From NCBI GenBank assembly GCA_964392315.1, contig CAYMOT010000001.1, positions 73,042 through 137,041 on the forward strand: a DNA stretch of 64,000 bases, in the 5' to 3' direction. Positions 7,794 through 17,539 of this stretch are shown in pieces. Within the stretch, counting starts at the first letter, position 1. Every line of letters begins with the position of its first letter. The notes beneath the pieces were generated by a model. It searched no databases. It saw only the letters and a list, made by a program, of their open reading frames with translations, and was not told the origin of the DNA. Made by a program: the position numbers and the translations under genes. This stretch comes from an uncultured Candidatus Saccharibacteria bacterium. GTDB taxonomy: Bacteria > Patescibacteriota > 4484-211 > JAGQKX01.

Positions 7794-8837
7794 TCACTTC
7801 TCAACAAGTTCATAATACGCCGCCTTGGTCTTGCCTTTTTTAACAACTAATTCTTTATCCATCAAATCTTTGAGATCACGCAAAATCGAGTCATCTGACA
7901 CATCAGGCAATAACTCACGCCAATCCTGGTTGCGAATCCGCTCATGCTGCTCAAGGAATTTTAGTATGATCTCCTGACGATCGCTGAGTGCAATTTGGCC
8001 ACGCTCTTTGCGCAATTTGTATTCGCGGCTCATTTCAAGCACTCGTTGTTTTACGCGTTCCAGTTCTACCGCAAGGCCTTCACTAAAAAACTCAAGCCAA
8101 GTAGTCATATCATCATCGATATGCTCCATCGACTGCAGCGCTAAATAATATCCCAGTGGGTCTTGGTCGTAATACTCATCCAGTGAAAAAAACTTTTTAA
8201 AATCATAGCCATCTATATACAAAAGAAGTGTCGCTGCCGCCCGTGCGGTACGCCCATTCGCTTCTACAAAGGGGTGAACCTTGGCGAACACCGCATGGAA
8301 GATTCCACTTTTTAAAATAGGATGAAGATCAGATGCGCTCTGTTCATTGATCCACGAAACAAGTTCAGTGATTAAACCAGGGACTTGTTCAAACTCCGGT
8401 GCACGATGCGTAATTTGTCGCGTGTCAGAGGCTTGTATCACTACATTTGCGGTCCGAAACGTACCCGCCCATTCATTGGGCAAAATATTTTCGACGAGAA
8501 TGGCATGTATCTCACAGAGAGTATCTACCGTAAACGGCTTAGACCTATCATATGCATTAATAAAATCTATAACTTTTCGGTAGTTAATAATCTCCTGTAC
8601 TTCACGCCGTTTCGCGGTTACCTGTTGGCCATCGAGCACCCGTTCCACTTCATCGAGTGATAGCATGTTTCCCTCAAGCTTTGTGGAGTGATGAATTTGT
8701 CGAAGTGCTTTTTCCTCCCGAAATTGTCGTTCCCAAAACGGTACCAATGGTGAGTTTTCAATAATTTCTTTGGCGGTCTCTATCTGAGTGATATACTTGA
8801 GCATAGCGTTTGTAATAGTAAATTTGGGAGAAAGCAT
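7794..8837 (-). CDS. Fic family protein (class II, internal inhibitory motif) with C-terminal winged-helix domain
   Basis: Fic active-site motif HPFVEANGRTAR (HxFx[DE][GA]NGRxxR). Upstream inhibitory motif STKLEG ([ST]xxxE[GN]). C-terminal region reads as wHTH-like. Confidence 0.8.
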   Translation of the reverse strand: MLSPKFTITNAMLKYITQIETAKEIIENSPLVPFWERQFREEKALRQIHHSTKLEGNMLSLDEVERVLDGQQVTAKRREVQEIINYRKVIDFINAYDRSKPFTVDTLCEIHAILVENILPNEWAGTFRTANVVIQASDTRQITHRAPEFEQVPGLITELVSWINEQSASDLHPILKSGIFHAVFAKVHPFVEANGRTARAAATLLLYIDGYDFKKFFSLDEYYDQDPLGYYLALQSMEHIDDDMTTWLEFFSEGLAVELERVKQRVLEMSREYKLRKERGQIALSDRQEIILKFLEQHERIRNQDWRELLPDVSDDSILRDLKDLMDKELVVKKGKTKAAYYELVEK

Positions 8838-8908
8838 AGGAATATTGTAACAAATAATTCCTGCATTTTTACCGCAAGAAAGACAATTGGTTACATTAAT
8901 AAAATTTT

Positions 8909-9625
8909 ATGTACCTCTCAATCATCATTCCTGCCTTCAACGAAGCAAAAAGAATTACGCCGACTATTCACGAGATTAGAAAAGTCCTCGAGAGTACAGA
9001 GCATCGGTACGAAATCATCGTCGTTGACGATGCATCTCAAGACGGAACAATACAGGTCATTTCTACGTTACAACAAGATATTCCCTCACTCTCACTCGAA
9101 GTCTTATCCAAGAACCTCGGAAAGGGGGGCGCATTAAAGCATGGTGTATCCAAAGCTCACGGAGATATTATTATTACCATTGACGCGGACGGGTCTACAC
9201 CGTTTGCCCAATACCAAAAGCTTTTAGACGTTTATCAGCAAACAAGCGCTGATATTGCTATCGGTTCTCGACACCTCCCTGCCTCTCAAATAGTGATCAA
9301 GCAACCGTGGTACCGAGTGTTAATAAGCCGTGTTGCAAACGTATTGATTCGAATGCTACTGTTGCCCGGCATCAAAGATACGCAGTGTGGATTTAAATTA
9401 TTCAACGCAAACGTCGCAAAACAACTTTATGCACAGTCACACGTACAGGGGTTTGGTATTGATATGGAAATCTTATATCTAGCAAAATTGCACGAGTATA
9501 GAATCGCGGAAGTCCCGGTTACATGGCTGAACTCTCAAGATTCCACGCTACGCCCTATTCGGTCTACGTTGAGAACATTCCGTGAACTATTACATATCTG
9601 GTGGAGACATAGAGTAAAACAATAG
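8909..9625 (+). CDS. Family 2 glycosyltransferase (polyprenyl-phosphate sugar transferase-like)
   Basis: N-terminal IIIPAFNEA, DDAS.DGT and DADG(S) motifs, typical of the GT-A fold in GT2 (DPM1/GtrB-like). Confidence 0.8.
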   Translation: MYLSIIIPAFNEAKRITPTIHEIRKVLESTEHRYEIIVVDDASQDGTIQVISTLQQDIPSLSLEVLSKNLGKGGALKHGVSKAHGDIIITIDADGSTPFAQYQKLLDVYQQTSADIAIGSRHLPASQIVIKQPWYRVLISRVANVLIRMLLLPGIKDTQCGFKLFNANVAKQLYAQSHVQGFGIDMEILYLAKLHEYRIAEVPVTWLNSQDSTLRPIRSTLRTFRELLHIWWRHRVKQ

Positions 9626-9629
9626 GAAC

Positions 9630-10091
9630 ATGAAAGTAAAATCGCTCGGCCCGGATTTATACAAATTCGTCACCACCTTAACACCAATTATCGCCGTCGA
9701 TGCTCTGATACATAATGAACAAGGCCAATTTCTTTTAACGTGGCGTGAAGATGAGTTCTTTGGTCCTGGATGGCATGTCCCCGGAAGCGTTGTCAGGTTA
9801 GGTGAATCATTCTTAGACCGTTTGCACGCTGGCATTGGAAAAGAACTAAACGTGTCTGTTGAAGTGGAAACATTCTTGGGGTATGAGGAGATATTCCGCG
9901 AAGATGCACTGTACCGGCCTCACACCATCGTCTTTGTATATTTATGCAAACTTACAAGCACTTTACTTAAAGATACTCAGTACCTCTCCGAATCTAATTG
10001 TGCTCCTGGTGCGTGGAAGTGGTTTGACACCTTCCCTTCATCAATGATCCCTGAACACGAATTTTATAGAAAATATTTCAAGCCCGCTTAG
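9630..10091 (+). CDS. Nudix-like hydrolase with degenerate Nudix box
   Basis: WHVPGSVVRLGES...GKEL resembles the Nudix box core (GEs...E..G), but REuxEE is not conserved. Lies 4 bp downstream of the GT2 gene. Confidence 0.35.
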   Translation: MKVKSLGPDLYKFVTTLTPIIAVDALIHNEQGQFLLTWREDEFFGPGWHVPGSVVRLGESFLDRLHAGIGKELNVSVEVETFLGYEEIFREDALYRPHTIVFVYLCKLTSTLLKDTQYLSESNCAPGAWKWFDTFPSSMIPEHEFYRKYFKPA

Positions 10092-11619
10092 ACTTTCGAA
10101 TTTTTGGGGTGAAGGCGAATCCGTCAAGTGTTTTTCCAAGCATGAACAATGTCTCTGCATGGACAAAGGGCAAGAAAGCATAGATATAAATATGCACCAT
10201 CACCAATATTCCTTCGAAGAAACTTAGAAAACGTTTCCATCTCGACCATGTTTCGGGCGGCTTTCCAACAAATTTAGTTCTAAACCATGCTGCTGGTATC
10301 AAAAAAGCGAGTGCAAAGGTCAAAAAATAGCTCAAAATCTTTGGGAGCAGGTATGCATAACTCGTCACTTCAAACTCCGGATTTACGAGTGTTAATACAG
10401 GAAAACCAACAGCGAGCAGAATCGCCACCGGGTACGTCAACGCATATCGTTCAAAAATATGCAAAAACCATGCTGTTTTTTCACGCAAAGAGATCTTTGC
10501 ACTAAAGATGCCGGTGATTGCTAATGGAACGGTCAGTATCCCCCACCCCCACCGAAGAAGTTGTATATACTGCTGGCGATGACTTCCTAAGAAATCTTTC
10601 CCTTGCACTGCGTCGGTATGAACAGGAACATACAATGGTACGCCTTTGAAATTACCGGCTAAATGATGGAACACCCTCCAATACAAGGGGGTATCGTCGA
10701 TGCTGATCATAGTATCCCAATAATTCGCCCCAACGAGTGTTGAAAGCGCAAATGAAAAACATGAAAATGTTTCCTTGAACGATGGTTCCGTAACCCATGT
10801 CGAGAGCGCACTAAATGTCACTGCATTTGATTGAATCCTCATCAAGGCTGGTACATCCCAAATATTGTTATCGCCAAGATAAATGGCGGTCTGGTAGAAA
10901 CGATTGCGACGTTCTGGGTTGATTGCATATGCGTAACTGAGGCGTGCGCAGTAATTTTTTGAAAGAATAGTATCGCCATCACTCGTTGTAAAGATAAAGT
11001 CATTGATATTTTCGCCAAGTTCCTGCAATCGACGCACTGCGTTCTTTGCCGCCCACGTTCTGTTAGAAGCCGCCCCACGCACCTCATTTATTAATCCTGA
11101 AGGATGCACAAAAATCATGACGTGCTGCAGCTCCGGCAATGTCTTTAATACTTCTACAATTTCAGATCGTACGCGCTGGTGGTGCTTTTCTTCTATCGAA
11201 AGCGATACCCAAATGTGCTCAAGATTATAGTTTTGTGTAGCCAATCCTTTTAGCACACCCGCAACTACCTCCTTACTCTCAGTCAGGATAGGTATGACAA
11301 TAAGATGCTTCAGCGCGTAAGACGTTATTGGCAAATCATCAGGATTTGTCAACATACCCCACTCAAGCGACTCGAACTCTCTTCGCCAATCAATCTCAAG
11401 TTCTTTTTTATACCGAAAGTATCCAACAATAAGGCCAACAGTATGAATAAATGCCTTATAGACCCAATACACCACAATAAACGTCAAAAAAAATGCAACC
11501 GCAGAAGGAAGCGCCCGTGATAACCACAGCGGCATCGTAAGTACCGCCCAGGTTATTAAACCCGGTATTATTTGCAAAAGCCGTTGTTTGTTGAGCCGTT
11601 GCGATGGAGAAAATGACAT
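10078..11619 (-). CDS. Processive family 2 glycosyltransferase (cellulose/chitin synthase-like, QxxRW)
   Basis: N- and C-terminal TM bundles, a central GT-A domain with a DGD motif (TSDGDT), and the QxxRW motif (QQYIQLLRWGWG) diagnostic of processive beta-glycosyltransferases. Confidence 0.7.
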   Translation of the reverse strand: MSFSPSQRLNKQRLLQIIPGLITWAVLTMPLWLSRALPSAVAFFLTFIVVYWVYKAFIHTVGLIVGYFRYKKELEIDWRREFESLEWGMLTNPDDLPITSYALKHLIVIPILTESKEVVAGVLKGLATQNYNLEHIWVSLSIEEKHHQRVRSEIVEVLKTLPELQHVMIFVHPSGLINEVRGAASNRTWAAKNAVRRLQELGENINDFIFTTSDGDTILSKNYCARLSYAYAINPERRNRFYQTAIYLGDNNIWDVPALMRIQSNAVTFSALSTWVTEPSFKETFSCFSFALSTLVGANYWDTMISIDDTPLYWRVFHHLAGNFKGVPLYVPVHTDAVQGKDFLGSHRQQYIQLLRWGWGILTVPLAITGIFSAKISLREKTAWFLHIFERYALTYPVAILLAVGFPVLTLVNPEFEVTSYAYLLPKILSYFLTFALAFLIPAAWFRTKFVGKPPETWSRWKRFLSFFEGILVMVHIYIYAFLPFVHAETLFMLGKTLDGFAFTPKIRKSKRA

Positions 11620-11628
11620 AGGGATTGA

Positions 11629-12708
11629 TTACAAAGAGTTAATTATATGTACGAGCTGTTCTTTAAACCGCTCAAAGGAAAATTCTTGTGCGCGACGTAT
11701 ACACGCACCTTCATCAAACTTTCGCGCCATAAGCATTCGTATCGCTGATTGTAGCCCTTCCACACTGTAGTCGTCAAAGAACATACCCGTTACCCCATCC
11801 ACGATCGATTCCTGCATTCCTCCGGATCGATGGGCAATAACCGGTGTACCATGTGCCATTGCCTCAAGTGGTGTGATGCCAAAGTCCTCATCATACGATG
11901 TATAAATTAGCGCTTTCGCCTCTTGGTACAGCTGCTGCAATATATCATCAGGTACAAATCCAACAAATTGCACGGTATCGCCAGCCATTGCTTTTAATGA
12001 AGCGTACTCCGGACCTTCCCCCACAACTACCAATGGCTCTCGAAGGATTGTGCATGCGAGAACGGCGAGTTCGACATGTTTATAGGCAACCAAACGTGAG
12101 ACCACAAGAAAATGTTTCCTCTCTGTAATTGTAAGCTTTCTTTCTGAAGGAATGTGAACGGGAGGGTACAACGTAATCGCATCTCGACCATAGAATTTTT
12201 TGATTCTCCGCGCTGTGTTATTGGAGTTAGTAACAAATTGATCAACACGATACGAGGAGGCATAATCCCATTGTCTCAAGAAATAATCCAAAATACTCAC
12301 AACAGGACGATAATACCAACGGTCACGTTTTGCACTTTCTCCTTCATACCCATACAAAAACCGTGGTGGTGTATGACAATAACAAATGTGTTTTTGGGAG
12401 GCAGTGGTAACTACACCTTTTGCAAATCCTGAAGTAGAAGAAACCACCACATCAAAGCCATCCAAAGAAAGCGACTCAAAGAGTACTGGGTACAAAAACG
12501 TTAACTGCTTTGCTAAGACGTTCCAGAATCGGGACTGTGTTATCGGAATAGGACGCACTGAGGTATGAGGAAACGTCGGTGGCAAGGCTTCAGGCTTGTA
12601 CCGTGTCGTAAAAATTGGCGCATCAGGATAGACACGGTGCATTGCTTCAAGGAGCCGCTCCGCCCCGCCGTATGTATGCAAATAGTCATGAACAAACGCG
12701 AGTTTCAT
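11629..12708 (-). CDS. Family 4 (GT-B) glycosyltransferase
   Basis: C-terminal EX7E motif (EDFGITPLEAMAHGTPVIA), 359 aa. Confidence 0.8.
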   Translation of the reverse strand: MKLAFVHDYLHTYGGAERLLEAMHRVYPDAPIFTTRYKPEALPPTFPHTSVRPIPITQSRFWNVLAKQLTFLYPVLFESLSLDGFDVVVSSTSGFAKGVVTTASQKHICYCHTPPRFLYGYEGESAKRDRWYYRPVVSILDYFLRQWDYASSYRVDQFVTNSNNTARRIKKFYGRDAITLYPPVHIPSERKLTITERKHFLVVSRLVAYKHVELAVLACTILREPLVVVGEGPEYASLKAMAGDTVQFVGFVPDDILQQLYQEAKALIYTSYDEDFGITPLEAMAHGTPVIAHRSGGMQESIVDGVTGMFFDDYSVEGLQSAIRMLMARKFDEGACIRRAQEFSFERFKEQLVHIINSL

Positions 12709-15296
12709 ATCTTCTTAGTTTCCTGCCAGTTGTCCCCTATTTTACAATCAACAACGACAGGCACGTCTAGCACGATCGCCTTTTCCATAATGGATCTTAT
12801 GCGTGGTGCAATGCCTGTTACCTCTGATTCTGGTAACTCGAACACCAACTCATCGTGTACCTGCATGAGCATATGTGCGTCCTGCATATTAATTTCTTTG
12901 AAATAGCGATCTATCTCTACCATGGCTTTTTTAATAAGATCAGCTTGTGTGCCTTGATTGGGATAGTTAGTCGCCATACGCACCCCCATTGCTTGTACCT
13001 GCTTACTCGGCGACGCAATCTCAACGATTGGAATCCTTCTTCCCCAAAGCGTCTGCACATAGTGATTCTGCTTCGCAAATGTTATGGTCTCATCACGCCA
13101 CCTCATCACATCCGGATAGAATTCAAAAAAATCGTCTATATATGTTTTTGCTTCAATATACTCGATACCCAAACTCTCAGAGAGTGCGTGAGGTCCCATG
13201 CCATACATAACCGCAAAGTTGGTTGTTTTAGCAATCTGCCGTTGTCGATCGCTGATTTCATCAACAAACGTGTTAAAGAGTTTTGCTGCAGTCACCGCAT
13301 GAATATCCTGTCCTGCAGAAAAAGAAGCAATTAAATGCTCATCTTTGGATAAATGTGCCAGAATACGCAGTTCAATCTGTGAATAATCTAACACCAATAA
13401 CCGATGCCCCGTTGGTGCCACAAAGGCTGAGCGGATCGCGATATCTCTATCTCGAGGGATGTTTTGCAAGTTTGGACTCTCACTACTAAGACGTGCGGTC
13501 ACTACTTTCAGCTGATTGTAGGTTGTGTGTATCCTCGACTTCGTATCGGCCATTTCAGAAAGCTTTTGGGTGTAGGTAGAGGTGAGTTTTGATACGACAC
13601 GGTAATCGAGTATTTTTTTGACCGCAGGATGTGCATGGGCAAGCTGTGTAAGTACTGCCTCGTTGGTGCTACGTTGGGTCTTGGTCTTTTTCACAACCGG
13701 TAATCGTAATTCATCAAACAATACCGTCTCTAACTGTTTTGGGGAATTGAGATTTATCTCGTGTCCGATATCCGTATATATCTCCTTTTCAAGGACTTGC
13801 TGTTTTTCCAAAAGCTCCGTATGTATCTTTGACAGCTTGACCTTGTCAAGCAATACTCCATGTCGCTCCATTTCAAACAAAACAGCAACAAGCGGCATCT
13901 CAATTGTCTCTATCAAAGTGGCCGTGGTTTCGTCCTGCTGTAAATTTTCATTAAGGAACTGATGTAGTTTTGTTATCTGAGGCATAACAAAAGGCATATC
14001 AGTTGCAGTAAGTTCTTTTTTATCAAGCTCGTGGCTAAATCCAAGATGCGTAAATAGCGCCTCCTGAATATTCTTCATACTTTTCCCACTTATCATTGCA
14101 CTTGCTACCATCAGGTCATAATAGGAATCAATTGATAAATCGTGATCGGCAAACACATGCATCAATGTCTTAATATCAAACGCAATAATCTCTTTTGCAT
14201 GCAAAAGAGATTGTAGTTCTCTTTTTGTTTCTGCTGAAAAGTTCTTTGAAATATTGAGTATCCACAAACCTGCCTCCGGTGTAACCCATGCAGCCACATG
14301 ATTATCTGAAAGTAGTTGCATATAGCAATCGACAGTTGTACCCAATTCCCGCACAAATCCCGCCACATCGTCTTCCACTACTTTCCACTGGGTATCGGAC
14401 TCTGTCCTGCTAGCCGCGGGTTGCGTTTGAAAAAATTTCAACAATGGAACGAGACTCTTAAATCCATGACGCTGAAATATATCTAGCACATCGGGCACAT
14501 CGATTGCATAGGTGTACTCTTTCGTCTGGACAATACTAATGGGGACATCAGCCCTGATAGTTGCCAAATTTCTGCTCAAAAGCGCCATCTCATGCTGATG
14601 AGAAAGCAGCTCCTTTGTTTTTCCTTTAATTTCGTCTAAATGTTCGTACACGCCTTCAATCGAACCATACTGCGTAAGAAGCGCGGTTGCGGTTTTGATA
14701 CCTATCCCTTTTACTCCGGGAATATTATCCGAGCTATCCCCCATTAAGCCTTTCAAGTCGGGTAATTTAGTAGGTGCCAGCGTGTACTTTTCATGAACCT
14801 CTTTTGGTCCCATGATTTCTATATCACTCATTCCCTTCTTCACTGCTGCCACTTGTATAGAATCATTCACTAATTGCAGCATATCCATATCTGACGTTAG
14901 GATTTCTACTTTTCCTTCGTTATCGTGCAGTGCAAGGTATGCGTTGGCTACCGTAGCAATAATGTCATCAGCTTCATACCCCTCTACAAAAAACTGTTCA
15001 ATGCCAAATTCTTTCACCAACTCCTGCGCCAAGGCAATTTGTTCTTTCAACGACTCGTCTGTTTTGGGCCGATGCATTTTATACTCAACATATAGATGAT
15101 GCCGAAACGTAGCCTTAGGGGTATCCCAGGTTACAATCACACTATCAGGGGTGCGCTGCTTGAGTGCGGATAAGAGCATGCGAGCAAACCCATACACTGC
15201 ACCAACTGGTTTTCCGTCGGGAGAGACAAATTCCGGCAGCGCGTGAAAAGCCCTATGAAGCAAAGAATGACCATCAATCAGTAGGAGTTTTTTCAT
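12705..15296 (-). CDS. polA: DNA polymerase I
   Basis: N-terminal 5'-3' exonuclease domain ([16 protein letters not shown]). Pol motif A DYSQIELR and motif C VHDELVFE. Start overlaps the GT4 gene by 4 bp (ATGA). Confidence 0.9.
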   Translation of the reverse strand: MKKLLLIDGHSLLHRAFHALPEFVSPDGKPVGAVYGFARMLLSALKQRTPDSVIVTWDTPKATFRHHLYVEYKMHRPKTDESLKEQIALAQELVKEFGIEQFFVEGYEADDIIATVANAYLALHDNEGKVEILTSDMDMLQLVNDSIQVAAVKKGMSDIEIMGPKEVHEKYTLAPTKLPDLKGLMGDSSDNIPGVKGIGIKTATALLTQYGSIEGVYEHLDEIKGKTKELLSHQHEMALLSRNLATIRADVPISIVQTKEYTYAIDVPDVLDIFQRHGFKSLVPLLKFFQTQPAASRTESDTQWKVVEDDVAGFVRELGTTVDCYMQLLSDNHVAAWVTPEAGLWILNISKNFSAETKRELQSLLHAKEIIAFDIKTLMHVFADHDLSIDSYYDLMVASAMISGKSMKNIQEALFTHLGFSHELDKKELTATDMPFVMPQITKLHQFLNENLQQDETTATLIETIEMPLVAVLFEMERHGVLLDKVKLSKIHTELLEKQQVLEKEIYTDIGHEINLNSPKQLETVLFDELRLPVVKKTKTQRSTNEAVLTQLAHAHPAVKKILDYRVVSKLTSTYTQKLSEMADTKSRIHTTYNQLKVVTARLSSESPNLQNIPRDRDIAIRSAFVAPTGHRLLVLDYSQIELRILAHLSKDEHLIASFSAGQDIHAVTAAKLFNTFVDEISDRQRQIAKTTNFAVMYGMGPHALSESLGIEYIEAKTYIDDFFEFYPDVMRWRDETITFAKQNHYVQTLWGRRIPIVEIASPSKQVQAMGVRMATNYPNQGTQADLIKKAMVEIDRYFKEINMQDAHMLMQVHDELVFELPESEVTGIAPRIRSIMEKAIVLDVPVVVDCKIGDNWQETKKI

Positions 15297-17160
15297 GGGG
15301 TTCCCCGTTCATCATTTTCTCGAATTCGTCAGCCTCAATCGTCTCAAGCTCAATAAGTTTTTCCGAAACCTGAATCACTTTATCACGGTGGTCTTCCAAT
15401 ATCTTTTTCGCTTTCTTAAATTCCTCATCAATGATACGTCCGATTTCCTCATCAATTTCTCGCAACGTATGGTCAGAATGGTTTAATGGACGGTCCAGAT
15501 TCCAATTGCGCTCATCAAGCTGCTCACTCATCTGAAGCGCTCGCGGCCCGAGCTTTGACATACCATATTTCACGACCATTTCTTGGGCAATTTGGGTTGC
15601 GCGTTCAATGTCATTTCCGGCACCTATCGTCATTTCATTGAAGAAGAGGTCTTCTGCAGCACGTCCGCCAAGCATTGAACAAATAGTCTCTTTGAGACGG
15701 ATTTCTGTTTGGTTGTATCGATCCATCTGTGGAGGAATCATGGTATATCCTAGTGCTGCACCGCGGGAAACAATACTAACTCGATGCACCGGATCAACAT
15801 TAGGTAAATAATGGGCCACGATTGCATGGCCTGCCTCATGATATGCAGTCATCTTCTTGTCTATCTCTGTTTGAATGCGCCTTTTGGTTGGACCCATTTT
15901 TACTTTTGTCGCAGCTTCTTCCAGATCGCTGGCGGTCACAATTTTTCTATTTTCTCGAGCTGCTAGTATCGCAGCTTCATTGAGCATGTTCTCAAGGTCG
16001 GCTCCTGAAAATCCTACCGTCCGCTGCGCAAGCCGATCGAGTGAAATATCTTCCGCCAATGGCTTACCTTTTTTATGGATGGTCAAGATCTGCTTTCGGC
16101 CTTCTATATCTGGGTAATCTATCATTACTCTACGATCAAATCGACCTGGGCGAGTCAAGGCTGGATCAAGTAAGTCCGGACGATTCGTAGCAGAAAGTAC
16201 AATAACGCCCGTGTTCTGGGTAAAACCATCCATCTCAACAAGTATTTGGTTCAGTGTCTGCTCCTGTTCCCCGTGACTAGAACTGACTCCAGCGCCACGG
16301 TGTCGGCCGATGCTTTCAATTTCGTCAATAAAAATTATAGAAGGTGCTGAATTCTTTGCAGTTTCAAACAGATCTCGCACACGGCTTGCCCCTACTCCAA
16401 CAAACATCTCCATAAATTCGGAACCCGCGATACTATAAAACGGCACCTCAGCTTCACCTGCCACCGCACGCGCAAGCAGGGTTTTTCCCACTCCTGCCGG
16501 ACCAACCAAGAGTACTCCTCGGGGAATACGTGCACCAACCTCCTTGTATTTATCCGGACGTTTCAAAAAGTCTACGACTTCTTCCAGCTCTCTTATTGCC
16601 TCATCTACCCCGGCAGCATCTTTAAACGTTACTTTTGGCATATCTCTTCGGAACAACTTCGCGTTTGATTTACCGAACCCAAAAATCGACCCACTGGAAC
16701 GTTGCGCCTGACGCATAAACATTGCTACCACCGCGACTATCAAAAGAATTGGCAGAAAATTGACTAGAATGCTCAGCCAAATACCGTATGGGTTTGGATC
16801 CTTAACCGTGACTCTGACACGCTCCTCAACGTTATCAATACCTGCTTCATAGAAAAGCGACACCACAGAAGACTGTACTTCTTTACGAGAAATTGCTTCT
16901 GCACCATCTTTGTAGGTAATTTGAAGTTCGTCCCCTTCTACGATGATTTCTTCGACCTTATTTTCTCGGACATCCCGAACGAGCGTAGAAAAGTCTATCT
17001 CATTCTCTGCGCTTGAGCTCGACATAAATGTCATGACAATTGAGCCTAAAATAATGGCCAAACCAAAGTACAACAGCACCGCCCGTAGTGTTTTGCTTAA
17101 TTGATTTCCACTGGGATTTTCTTGTTTATTTTGCCGGTTAAAGGGATTTATTTGCTGCAT
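15274..17160 (-). CDS. ftsH: ATP-dependent zinc metalloprotease FtsH
   Basis: N-terminal TM anchor, AAA+ Walker A GPAGVGKT, second region of homology, zinc site HEAGHAIVA. Confidence 0.9.
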   Translation of the reverse strand: MQQINPFNRQNKQENPSGNQLSKTLRAVLLYFGLAIILGSIVMTFMSSSSAENEIDFSTLVRDVRENKVEEIIVEGDELQITYKDGAEAISRKEVQSSVVSLFYEAGIDNVEERVRVTVKDPNPYGIWLSILVNFLPILLIVAVVAMFMRQAQRSSGSIFGFGKSNAKLFRRDMPKVTFKDAAGVDEAIRELEEVVDFLKRPDKYKEVGARIPRGVLLVGPAGVGKTLLARAVAGEAEVPFYSIAGSEFMEMFVGVGASRVRDLFETAKNSAPSIIFIDEIESIGRHRGAGVSSSHGEQEQTLNQILVEMDGFTQNTGVIVLSATNRPDLLDPALTRPGRFDRRVMIDYPDIEGRKQILTIHKKGKPLAEDISLDRLAQRTVGFSGADLENMLNEAAILAARENRKIVTASDLEEAATKVKMGPTKRRIQTEIDKKMTAYHEAGHAIVAHYLPNVDPVHRVSIVSRGAALGYTMIPPQMDRYNQTEIRLKETICSMLGGRAAEDLFFNEMTIGAGNDIERATQIAQEMVVKYGMSKLGPRALQMSEQLDERNWNLDRPLNHSDHTLREIDEEIGRIIDEEFKKAKKILEDHRDKVIQVSEKLIELETIEADEFEKMMNGEPHEKTPTD

Positions 17161-17214
17161 ACCAAGATTACAATCGTGATTCTATCATAGCAAGGACTAA
17201 ATTGACACCCTGGC

Positions 17215-17243
17215 TTGACTCAGTTTTTTGTTTCTGTTATAAG
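17215..17243 (+). promoter_or_regulatory. Sigma70-like promoter candidate for the tRNA-CAT pair
   Basis: TTGACT (17215-17220), a 17-nt spacer, then TATAAG (17238-17243), about 18 nt upstream of the tRNA 5' end. A second TTGACA sits 13 nt further upstream. Confidence 0.4.
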
Positions 17244-17261
17244 GAAAAAGCGACCTCTTGC

Positions 17262-17339
17262 GGCGGGGAAGTGTAGTGGTCTGCATGCGAGGCTCATAAT
17301 CTCGCGGATGTAAGGTTCGATTCCTTGCCCCCGCCACCA
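17262..17339 (+). tRNA. tRNA with CAT anticodon (Met elongator most likely)
   Basis: Manual fold: acceptor GGCGGGG/CCCCGCC, anticodon loop CTCATAA, T-loop TTCGATT (possibly a 6-bp T-stem), ACCA end. There is no GGG:CCC run in the anticodon stem, so it is not a classical initiator. Confidence 0.8.
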
Positions 17340-17340
17340 A

Positions 17341-17417
17341 GCCAGGGTAGCTCAGTCGGCCAGAGCGGAGGACTCATAAGCCTCAGGTCGTGGGTTCGAT
17401 CCCCACCCCTGGTACCA
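17341..17417 (+). tRNA. Second tRNA with CAT anticodon (initiator or other Met/Ile2-type)
   Basis: Starts 1 nt after the previous tRNA. Acceptor GCCAGGG/CCCTGGT with a G1:U72 wobble, anticodon loop CTCATAA, T-loop TTCGATC, ACCA end. Confidence 0.8.
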
Positions 17418-17445
17418 GCGAAATAAAGATCTTTATTTCGCTTGT
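17418..17445 (+). terminator. Intrinsic terminator after the tRNA pair
   Basis: Perfect hairpin GCGAAATAAAG-ATC-TTTATTTCGC immediately after the CCA, followed by a T-rich tract (TTGTATCTGTT). Confidence 0.6.
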
Positions 17446-17539
17446 ATCTGTTCCACGTAATTCACTATAGTACTCACGAAGTGAGAGAAAACACAGAAAC
17501 CCAAGCTTATGCCTCGAGTCCGAGTGACTACCAATCTTA

